From positions 57,412,001 to 57,476,000 of the forward strand of contig OZ286467.1 of the NCBI GenBank assembly GCA_965644265.1: 64,000 bases of DNA. The letters are read 5' to 3'. This stretch comes from Glycera tridactyla (lineage: Eukaryota). Both the position numbers and the translations under genes were made by a program. This document shows, in pieces, positions 39,196 through 51,700 of the stretch. Every line of letters begins with the position of its first letter. Positions within the stretch are counted from its first letter, which is position 1. The notes beneath the pieces were generated by a model that was not told where the DNA came from, did not search any database, and worked only from the letters and a program-made list of their open reading frames with translations.

Positions 39196-42100
39196 TATCT
39201 GCTGCCCGGGCACCAGACGGATGCCAGATATGTACATGTTCTGAGTGTTACTACATTCCAGTTGCCCTGTTAAAAGAATCCTGTAATAAAATGTGGAGTC
39301 AAGTCAGTGTTCTCAACGGGTGGGAGCTCACTGGGTACCATTTGGGGGAGGCCAAACTGCATCATGTTCTTGATCTGTATCAATATTATCAAAGCAAGAT
39401 GATCTCACCATAAGTTGGATTATCAAGGATAGCTTGTGTACAGTGTTTTGTTCGACAGTTGGAAAGGACTGGCCTTTAATATTGAAGGGATTTCTCCAAA
39501 TGGACACACCTGGCAATTGCATTCAGTGCAAATAAGAGACCTCTTCCGTGCATGAAACATTCAGCATTGTTGCAATTGGGTGAATTACTGGATATTTCTT
39601 TATTTAGGTGCAGTGATTCAGGAATATACAGAGTCTTTATACTTGCTTATATTTGATACCCTGCCTTCATTAATGAATTATTTTTCGAGAGTATCATCAT
39701 TAATGAATTCTTTTTCAAGAGTATCAGCTGAGAGATTTTGTTTGGTCATTTTGAATATGTATTGATTGCCCATATTGTTAAGCTCAGCTATTGCCATTGA
39801 ATGCTTAATTCACGTGTGACTTTTATTGGGTCCATTATGTATTTACATTTGTATTTTAGCCATTCTTACAATATCCGTCCATCATGTATCTGATTGGTCT
39901 ATCTAGATTTCACTCTTGAAATCCTGTGGAAGTTTGTAGTATGGAAAATAGATGAATCCCTATATCTGTTGCCATGGTGACTTTTCCACATTATCATTAG
40001 GATGTAATCCAAATTGTCAAGTCGAGAGGTGGTGTGTGCTTTTCTGCTGTTCAGATATCTGTGTATGATTACTTACCTCTTGCTTCACAGATGACTTTGT
40101 CTAGGTCAGTCATTGCTACCAGAAGTCAAGTCATATTTTTATGGGTCACCTTCTTTTTGACATGCACTGGTTTAACATATTCTACATTTACTCTGAATGA
40201 ATTCTTATTATGTTCTTCCTCCCTGAGCATCTAAGTTTTTTTTTTGGCTGGATGACTTTTTTTTTCAGTGCGTTTGTATAGTCATACATGTAATTGCTAT
40301 TGTAATAAGTTATTGTGGCATGGTTTACCACGATACTGTAGTTTTGCCTGAATCATGGAATTAAGTTATTTCACCTTTTACTCTATCCTGTACATGAACG
40401 GTTTTTGATGGAGTAGCTTGACTTGATATTTTGTACCCTTTTGAGTTAATAAATTAACAACATTCCAACTTTTTTCTCACTTTAATTGTACTTATGTAAC
40501 AGCCATGGAATTCTGAGTTGGAGGCTGCAGTGCTCTTGCCGCCTAGATTTGTGGTTGTTCAGAGAATGTGGTATGCTCTGGATACCCTACGATAGAAATA
40601 GGACCCTGATGTACCAAAACATGGTCCTTTCTCTATTGGTCGCTCAAGGTGGTCGCCCGATAGAGGTGAAATGTATAAGAATTTTATTTTTTGACAGCGA
40701 AAAGCGCTTGTTAGAGAGGTGGTTGCTCATACTAGTTCAGGCTCTCTGTATGTGATGAGTTTTCAGCAGCCCTCATAACCCAAATTCAGAAGTCCACCCC
40801 TCACACATTCAAATGGAATAGCCCTGAGTTACTTGGGAGTAAGAATGGAAACATGGAGAGGCAACACTTCTTAAAAATAGGAGATTTTAATCATGATCTA
40901 CAACATATTTTACACAACAGACAAACAGACACAATTACTTTCATTTCTACACAGAAATGAGAAACTCCAGTATTCCAAACAGAACAGAACAAAACTTGTT
41001 TCAGGGAATGAAAGCATTTGCCCTTCTGCCTCATTGATGGATCAATTCTTTGCTCTGACATTTGCTAGTAGTTATAAAGAATAAAGTGGGAATCACAGTC
41101 AAACCTGGTCGAAAAGACCACACTTGGGAATTGTCAAGAACTAGTCTGACATCTTTGATAAATGACATCTTTAGGTGGTTTATATCATGAAATTCTTCTG
41201 CAATCAACATTCAAGTTGGCTTTTGAACAGCGGTGATCAATCCCACATCCCTGATCAGCGGAGCAGTTCGACTCTCCACTTGTCAATGCTGACAGCTTAG
41301 TGTAGCATCACAATTTTACTGTCTTTCAATTTTCTTTCAAACTACCAGAAAGTGATGGATCAACTTTCTGAGAAAGCATCTGAAGGCAAATTTGAGGTCC
41401 TATGAAGAGGCTCAGCCTATTGGCAAGTACATGATGATATGCAGTTGCAGGGTTTGAGTCACGCTCAGAGGTGCTCTCCAGATATTGATAGGTGAGCTTT
41501 GAACATGATTAGGGGTGGTAAGATTCACCGGTGCACGGCGATACTTCCTCCTGTATTGGATCGTGATACACCAACAGTTATTGCCCACAATTCAGACAAT
41601 TGACTAGTGAGTTTATAGTACAGTCCAGATTAGCAGCCTACAACCAGTGAAAGGTGGTGCTTTTTGAAGAGTCTAAGTCAACTGAATGTGAGACACTGTT
41701 GTTCCCCCTGCCTCAGCATAATACCATTCCTGTGATGTAATAGGACGAGTTGACTGCTGGGAGGAAGGGCTCCATATCTGCTGGTCTTTGATTAGGTTCT
41801 CAATGCCACCTTCCAGCCAGGTGGTCGCTCATCAAAGGTCATTTTAAAAGTATTTAGTATTCTGGCAAAAAAACGGTCGTTTGAGAGAGGTGACCACTCG
41901 TTGGGGGAGTTGCTTGTGACAGGTTTCACTGTACTGCCTATTATATTTATTTTGTACACTAGTGAGGTTTACCTCCTATGGGATGTATGAATGGCAGAGT
42001 ATTGCGATACTGTGCTGTATCGTGAGGGGTGTATCACGATATGTATTATATCATGACCCACCCATATCTTACCACCTCCGAACACGATGGGCATCAAATG

Positions 42101-42755
42101 TGACAAATATGGATGTGGAAACCACCGATTAATAGCTCAAAACTGCTAATTTGTTCAACATCACCAAAATGCTCACAGAAGCCTTCCATGAACATAAATG
42201 GACTGACCTCAACAAAAACATAACATCAATAACTGTCATTTTGGGGATTCTCGAGAATACTTGATTTTTCAATGTCAGCTGAAAAAAGTAAGCATCACTC
42301 CAAGATCATAATCTCGCCGTTTATCACACCACAGGGATCCTCAGGTGACATCACAAAGTCTCAGTTGGCACTCAGCTCATGGCGTGAGATTCAATTTGAT
42401 TTTTTTTCACACTTGCACATACACCAGCAGTACTTATAAAAACACGCTCTTACAAGACCTCACCACACAACCGGGGCAGGGCTTGACATTGTATGTACCA
42501 TGCGGCCTAAAACTCGTCCTGATAGTCCTCAGAAGATACAGCTTGGGAGCACATACAATGAACAAGGACAAAAATGCCCCATCGGACATTGTGAATTTAA
42601 ATCACGGGGCTGATTCTGATACATGACACAGGATATTGTGTACTAATGGACAGCTGCCAAAGTCCCCCATTCATCAGCAAACACATGGTGTAATGAAAAC
42701 TCATCCAGTATTTTGCCAATTTCACTAACAAACAAATCAGTGGTATCAATCAAAT

Positions 42756-45700
42756 TCACTTCCGATAAGGTCTATTTTTGCCTCTCCCGCCTCTGCCACC
42801 CCCGCCTCTGCCACCTCTTCCACCCCTGTTTCCCCCTCTTTTATGTCTGACTCCACCTCTTTTCTTATTGTTTTTCTTTGGATTTGTTGGGAAATACTGC
42901 TGCCAGTTGCGTGCGGCTTGTGCACCGTGACCTCCACGCCGTGGCGCTGGAGCACCACTGAATGCTGGGTAGTCCTCCTCCTCAGAACTCTCCTCGCTGC
43001 TCTCCTCATTCTCAAATACTGCCATATTCTGCTGCCGGGAAGCCATGATCTTCTCGCTGATTGCCTTCATCCGGTCTGTGATACCGATGGCCTGTAGCAG
43101 CTCCTGTACCTTCTCATCCACCAGCAGTGGCGACATCATCAATTCGGCTAGCTCCTGTGTCAGGGACTCCTGCAACCATCCACATCATAGTCACCATCAC
43201 CTGGAGCCTCATATGTGGTACATGTACATCCAGACATCTGAGGAAAATATTCCAGAGTTTTCTCAGAATTTCCAGTACACCCAAGAGATTTTCCAACCAC
43301 AAAACACAGCAAATAAAATCAATCATGAATAATGGTGATTCTTACTCAGTAAAGCCTCTCTTGAGACCAACCCAAATGCCAACCACAAGCGGTCTCAAGA
43401 GAGGTGGTCCCTCATTGGAGGTATATTTGACTATGCCAAATAGAAAAGAGCCGAAGAAAAGTAGTCTCAAAAGAGGGCGGTCTCAAAAGAGGTTCCAATG
43501 TATATTACAAATGCATGACACAGAAATTCAGAAGCAGTATGTCCAACCTGATGGTCCAATTTGCAAAATGCAAACACCATAATCCCAGTATTTCCCTAGA
43601 AAACCAGAGCCAAAAACATATTTTTCAGAGCAATTCCACTACATGTAGAGACTCCCAGCACATTTCAAGTTTGTGCAAACTCTGACAGTTATATCTATCA
43701 TTGCTGGAAACACAGGTGTCAGGATTGCTGTGACACAATATGCCAGCATGAATGAGGCTGCACCACAATGTTGGCCTGAGACCAATTTCCCCCCCCCCCC
43801 CCTACCCCCATTCATGGCGGGCATTCATTAAGGAATGCTATGAATTGCATCCACGCTTGGTGTGGCTATGAACAGCCACCATCTTTAGAAAAATCCATTT
43901 CTAAAAAAAAACAATTTTCACCCCAAAACCAACCAGGCCTGTTGGGGGACTCGATCTATGGTTGGAATTCACTAGGGAATGCTATGAAGTGCATCCAAGC
44001 CAAGTTTGAAGTGGCTACGAACAGCCACCATCTTTAGAAAAATCCATTTCGGAAAAACCAATTTTCACCCCAAAACCAAGCAGGCCTTCTGGGAGACCCC
44101 ATCTATGGCTGGCATTCATTAGGGAATGCTATGAAGTGCATCCAAGCCAAGTTTGAAGTGGCTACGAACAGCCACCATCTTTAGAAAAATCCATTTCGGA
44201 AAAACCAATTTTCACCCCAACCAACCAGGCCTTCTGGGAGACCCCATCTATGGCTGGCTGCGGCATTCATTAGGGAATGCTATGAATTGCATCCATGCCA
44301 AGTTTGGTGTGGCTATGAACAGCCATCATCTCTAGAGAAATCCATTTCTGAAAAAACAATTTTCACCCCAAAACTAACCAGGCCTATTGGGAGACCCGAT
44401 CTATGGCTGGCATTTATTAGGGAATGCTATGAATTGCATCCACGCCAAGTTTGATATGGCTGTGAACAGCCACCATCTTTAGAAAAATCCATTTCTGAAA
44501 AAAACAATTTTCACCCCAAAACCAACCAGGCCCTTTGGGAGACCCCATCTATGGCTGGCATTCATCAGGAGATGCGATAAAATGCATCCTTGTTGAGATT
44601 GGTGTGTCCCGTTACTCAAAAATCACTGAAATTGTCAAGAGTCCAGTCATCTAAAAAAAAGTGAGGTTTTATCCCAAATCTATGATACAGCACGCATACG
44701 GCTGTGGTGATAGCTGGATGCCCCCTCCCCTCCCCCAGAATACACTGGAGCATGTGTACATCAAATCTGGCAGAGGTATGGGCCATGGTTGAAGAGTGAC
44801 CTGTCCTGAACAAAAACTAAGACGTAAAGTCCAATTTCCCACAAATGAGCAATTTCACCCCAAAATCACTACCCTGAACTGAGATACTGCTGTTGTGAAG
44901 GGTAAACATCTCCTGTAACACAATGGAGCATGTGTGCATGTCATCTGGTGATGGTAGGGGCCATGGTTGTGGAGTCACCTGACTCCAACAAAAACTTTGA
45001 CGTGAAGTCCATATCCTCAAAAATATGCATTTTTCACCCAAAAATATGATACAAAACTGGGATAATGCTGAATGGATGGATGGACACCTTTCCCAATACT
45101 CAGGAGTATATGTGCATGAAATCTGGTGGTGGTAGGGGCCATAGTTGCTGAGCTACAGACTTCAAAGAAAAACTTTGACGTAAAACTTTGACGTAGTGCT
45201 CTCTTAATATCATTCCTGATGTATTATATCCCATGTGCACAAGATCTGATGATGGTAGCAGGGTTAAAGAAAAACTTTGACATGAAATCTTGCAGAAAAA
45301 AAAACTTTGACGTAAAACTTCGACCTAAAACATTGTAAGAGTGCGGACGCCGACGCCGACGCCGACGCCGACGCTGATGCGAGGACAATACCTCTCTTCA
45401 ACTTCGTTGAGGCGAGGTAAAAACAAGAGCTGCCCTGAGAAAGCCATCTCTGTCGGAGGTGGTCTCTCAGGGGTAGTTGCAATCTGAGCATTTGGCATCT
45501 CCCATTCCCAAGAAATATTTGACAACGAACATGGCAGATAGTGATGCATCATCTTTTTATCTTCCGATGAGTAGCTTTGAATGATGCCATCAGAATACAC
45601 CACAAGATAGCACTAATTGACAAGCAAATACAAACTCACCATGTCACAGTCTGGATCCTCATAGAGAGTGATGATGCGATGTAGTGATGTGAGAAGCTCG

Positions 45701-48700
45701 GAGACATCTTCACTCGTGATCAGTTGAAGAGCTTCGGGACCGAGGTCTCGCGCCACCATCGCAATCTCCATCAGCTTCTCGGCGTCAGCTGATCCTAACA
45801 TGGTACAGAGAGCCTCCATCTGCACCCGCAACTCTCCTGGCATCGATGCCATCATCTCAGCAAGCTGCAACATCACCGTCAATGAGAAGTGGTTAATGAC
45901 AAATGATTCTTGAAAAAAATATAAGCAAGCTCTCGTATACAAATCGTCCGATTTATTGTATAGTACAAGTATTCCCCTTGCCATTCGTGCAAAGTGGTCC
46001 AAGGCATGTTACTACCTGTTTGAAAGGGAAGTCTCCAGTCAGATTTCACTGTCTCATCATAAATGATGCAATAATTATGGCATATGTCCAAAATATAACA
46101 AGGCATAAATGCACGAAAGGCTCACATGCACGCCGCTCGTTGAAAGGGGACACATCTGTGTGTATGTGCCCCAACACCCCACCCTTCCCCCACCCATCTG
46201 CCCATTCCCCCATCCCCGGCCCCTACTCCACCCATCCCCAGCCCCTACCTCTGTGCCAAAACTTTTGGCAGCACTAGCCTGGTCAGGCTAGTACATGGGC
46301 AGTTCCACTAGTCCGAACACCAATTTACTAGCCCGAACTATTTGTTTTCTTGTAAAGCCTGGTCATGATTCCTTTCAACAAATGTCAGTTTTCTCTTGTG
46401 TTTTCACTCGTTCAAAAAGGCGCGGGCTAGTTCAGATCATCGCCACGAATGCACGTGTGGTGCTGTAAAACTCGCATCTCGAACCCCCGCCATCTAGTAC
46501 AAATTTGACGAATTCGATAGTTTCGATTCACGCCATGGTGTGGCGCTGCGAGAGTCGCGATTGTAACACCAGCATCTGTCGCAAAATTGACGAACTGCGA
46601 TCATCTTCTCATGCACGCTCACCTACCCCGCAAGAATATCAAGATGGCGGCGCCCACGAAATATGTTTTTCTCAACAATAAAGATGAATTTTCACATGGA
46701 TTAAAGCATTATATTACCAGTAGTTCCCCGAAATCATTACTTGATTTCTACTAGCCCCGGGCTTCGGGCTAGTGGCTAAAGTCGCAGTCTGTATCATACC
46801 CCAAACACACACAAGCACACACCCAAACCCCTCCCCTTCTTCCTACCCCACCCATCCCGGCCCCTCCCCCTACCTCACCCCCAACACTGGAACCAAACCC
46901 CACCGATCCCCCAATCTTTCCCTACCCCCCCCCCCCCACTCCGGCCCCACACACACCCTTCCCCCAACCCTGGCCGCACCCCCACCCATACATGTGTATG
47001 TATGAGAAAGTGAAATGAGGTCCATCTATCTATACTGTGCTTGAGGGAGCAAATAATCGGACATGCAAACTAGTGTATGTATGAGAAAGTGAACTTAGGT
47101 CTAGGTAGCAATCAGTGTATGAAACTGATTGCTGTACTATTACGTAACATAGCCAAGAACAAAAGAGTCACCGGGAGAGCCTTCCCCAGTAATGAAAGGA
47201 CAGTCTCAGAGTGGTGTACATTTCCTGTGGTCTTATGCAATGCAGACAGGATGAATAGGTTCAGCTCTCTAAAAAAATTCCAAACTCACAAATAAAAGTC
47301 TTCTTTTCCCTCAAAATTGCACAACTATATAGGATAGATTATGAAAAAGAATATACCCATGTTGTTGTCCAACTACTGATGCACATGTATATCAAATTTG
47401 AAGAATGTAGGTGCAATATTAATTGAGTGAGGCTTCAAAGAAAAACTTGTACGCAAAACTTTAACCTAAAAGTTTACGTGATACGAAGTGATAGCCGGAC
47501 AGACGGACAGACGGACAGACACAACCAAACAGACAGACCACCTGCATCATTACATAGACTCACATTTTGCTTCGCATGCGAGCCAAAAAGACATATTAGT
47601 GAGCTATGATATGTTTCTTTAGGCTTCTTTGCAACATGCCTCTGTTTTATGGTCTATTTCCCGTTCTCACCATATATGACACAAGTTTATGTATGTAACC
47701 ATGTGATCCACACCGCAGAATAGAAATTGATTTAGATTGGATGGAAGACACATTGATTGAGGGAGAGGATACGATGTTTGTGGCTTTGTGATGATGACCT
47801 GATTAGCCAAATTACCAACACAAGTTTAGTACATGATACTCAGTTCTGACCTATAAAACAATTGAATAAAATAATCCAATGACAATTGAGGGCGGAAAGG
47901 CATCATCCCTGGATGGACCCATAGGGAAACAATCTTACAGGTGATGATGGTGATGTTGATCTGTCTCTCTCAACATCCACTTGGTGTTCATGGTATCGAT
48001 CTTCATCTCGACTAGTGAAAGGATCCCTTTCTCGAATTCTACGATGCGATTCATATCTTTCATCTCTATCATCACGGTCATAGCTACGACTTCTTTCTCG
48101 ACTTCTTTCTCGACTTCGCTGACGGGAACCATCCTCCAAGTCACGATAGTCCTTGTCACGATAGTTGTGATCATCAAAGCGCCTCTCATCAGCATTCCAT
48201 CGAGCTCGCTGATCCCGATCACGTTGAGCCAAACTATAAGGATCTGCGCGTCTATAAGGATCTGTATTTCGGTAGTCTGTATCCCGAGCATCATTCGAGT
48301 GAGAGGTCACAGTATGACCTCTTGAAGGACCGGCAACTGTATCTCTGATTGCGAGTTCCTCTTGACTTGGTGGCTCAAAACCATATTCAGATGATGTACT
48401 TGCCTGAAATTATTATAAAGACACAAAGCACTGAAGGATCATACTGAATCATTAGGTAAGCAGTGACAACAATATGTGTTTAGCTCAGACTATAGGTACA
48501 GTCGAACCTGTCTATAAAGACCAGCTTTAGTCGCATCAAAAAGTGGTCTTTATTTACTATTGAAAATACTACCATGGTCGCAGCTCAGGGTGGTCTTTAT
48601 AGAGAGGTGGTCTTTAGAGCAGGTTCGACTGTATTTTGGTGACTACTGATTAGAGCCAATAGGGTGCTTGTGATAAAGTACATGTAACTGACAACTCTTC

Positions 48701-51700
48701 AATGGACACTGGTGTCATCATACACTGAAGCCTAGTTTTTGAATGAGCCATGCTTAAATATTGTCTCGGATGAAAATGCAATGCATACATTCACCTCATC
48801 ATTAGGCATAAAACTTGAATCCATTTCCATTTATTGGAAATAAGGTATACAGACTTGACAGCCACAGAGTTCAAGTCAGCCATGTTCCTTGACATATGCA
48901 GGGCAGAACTGATAACTGAGGGTGACTTGAGAATACTCATATGTGCACTACCAGTGACCAGAGGCAGTACATGTATATCCGAAATAATAAATTTTCTACA
49001 TTTCACATCATGATATTGAACACTATCTTTCATCTGCACATCGTGATGGTCATTTCGAGATCTATCAGAACTATCAAAGGCCATAGCGTACACCGTCAAT
49101 TGGCAAGAATCAGTGAACTTATGGATTTTGGTGGCAGCCATCCTGAATTATGCTCATCACTTGTAGCCTGCCACAGTCTATTTCATAATAATATCATTCT
49201 CCATAAAGAAGACATATTTTTGGTCATTTTGATACCAAAATCAGTCTGCCTGAAGGCACTACAACAAGATTGATGCTTGTGCAGCAAGATGGTTACCCAT
49301 ACTGAGTCATGCATATGCAAGCTACATGAACCAAATGTCACAGGACTTTTGAAAGTAGAGTCGACCTGTCTATAAAGACTGCCTTCGGTTGCATCAAATA
49401 GTGGTCTTTATAGGCAGGTGGTCTTTATAGGGGTCATTTACTGTTGAAAATACTACCATGGTGGCAGTTCAGCGGGGTCTTTATAGAGAGGTGGTCTTTA
49501 GAGGAAGTTCAGCTGTATACAAACCTTATTTGAGTCAGCTGCTTTTTCAAATTGCGACGTTCTGGTGTGTTGGTAATCTATGACCATAACAGGTTTTCTC
49601 TCCGGCAGTGACTCAAGATTGATAACAGGTTTTCTCTCCGGCAGTGCCTCAAATCTGGACTCCTTGGCTCTTGCAGGTTGCTGGGGGATGGCTGGCTGGT
49701 AAGTGTTTGGAAATGCTTGCTGGTTCATCACCCTGCTGGCAACTGGTGCAGCAGGAATATTAGGCTGGCCTGCAATACTAACACCTGAAAATGTAGGAGT
49801 TTCCATGAGTTTAAATTAGTCATGTCAATCAGCAGATATTGGGAAACATGATCAGAAAAATTCTGAAAATATCCTCGCATAATCTCAGAAGTATCTGTTT
49901 TGTGACATCTAGTCATCCTCAGCAGTTTCTGAATTTGAATTTTTGAAACCCCAGGGTTTTTTGGAAAATTAGCATCAATTACTAATCACATCCCAGCTTT
50001 CCACATTCACTCAAATTTTGTTTGCTCCAAATATGCCACACTCTCCTCGGATGTAAAATATGCATGATTGAAAAGCTGGAACAATTGTGGTAATTCCATC
50101 CTCTCAGCCAGTCTGACAGCGACATATATTGATGATAATCACTTTTGCTGGTTGTTTGTCATCTTTAGATCACAGGAAGGTCATACTGGGTTACCAAGAT
50201 ATTGGATATGTGAAGTTCCCATTAGGATAACAATAATGATGGCGTCAGCAGAAACACTGGTGACCAATCCAGGTGATGTTCATAGAAACACTGAGCGAAA
50301 AACCAAAAAGGAAATGCGAGCATTCATCACATTTCACGGACCTGTGTGTGTGTGTGTGTGTTAGCGATGCCAATCTAAGCTATACAAACATTGTGCTCTA
50401 TCTCCACTAATACGGATATAATTTCTTTAAGATCAATGACAAGAGGATCATGAATTTCTTGGGAGTAATGTTAAACAGATGATTACTAAAGTTTGGCTCA
50501 TTACTCCAAACTCCTAATGGTTGGCATCTCTGTTGCTGGCTGCAGGTCTCTCACGAGGAGATCTTGGGCGCCATGCATTATGTGACTGACATGAACTGAA
50601 CAAGTATGCATGTGTGCACCCATGCATACCGGCAAGTTTACATGTACCAATTGTTGGTCTGATCACACATGCACTTTTTGGTGGTACTTACTTGGTTGTG
50701 GTGCACCAAATTTCTCATAAGGCACAACCAATCTGAATTTATGTCCATACTGTTGAAAAGCCTGAATTGCCTGATTTTTGTCAGCAAACCGTAGATAGCA
50801 GACACTGAAACAAGCAGATCATGGCATTTCCATCATGCTGAAATAGGATCACAAAATAAACAGATCCTCTAGAAGGCCGTTCCATCAGAATGGGGAAACC
50901 AAGAGAATTCTGAATTTGGGGATAAGTTCTCTGCTGAAAAGTCAAATTTGGAGGGGGATGCTGAGATAAATTGAAATTTGGGGGAACAAGCTTGATATTT
51001 ACCCCCTGCTGTCAGAAATTCTGCGCTCATTTATGACAGAAGTGCTGATTTGTTGACGGTTGGTTTAGGCAGTATGTGTAGATCTATGCAAAAACTAGAT
51101 GGGTTTATTCAGAATAGGCAATCAAGGGGGTCTCCAGAATTTGGTGGTGATATGATTATATTCTGTATTCAGGAGTATGCACCCCTGGGGAATCACAATT
51201 GTTAGGGGTATGATCTGAGAATAATCCAGAATCTCCTCCACTCTGCCCCCACACCCATAATTATGGATGGTATTTCAAGTGGAACAATTCTGAATGGGAT
51301 AGTCATGATGCACATTTTGCGGTTCACGGACCAAAGAACCACACTGACTTGGCAAATGAAAGAAATTCTCGACGTCGAAGCATGTGATGTTCCTACAAGG
51401 CCATGACACACTCTCATTATTGGACAGGAGGCCAGACTGCTGGCTGACCTGTTTTCTACATATTACTCCAGCCAAAACCATAAACATGTTCCACCCATTT
51501 GTGAATATCCGAACTCCGAGCTCTGTGCAGTTAATTGGACACCATGATTCAGTTGGAAGCTTTGGTTGGTTTATATTCATCAGCATGTGAACATGTACAG
51601 TGAAACCTGCGACAAGAGACCCTCAACGAGAGACCACCTCCAATGACCATTTTTCAGGGCAGTTTTTCTATTTGACCTATCAAATATACCTCTGATGAGG

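Noticed and set aside
43818-44590. Regularly spaced repeats resembling a CRISPR array
   Set aside because: Whole units repeat with no unique spacers, there are no cas genes, and the context is eukaryotic.
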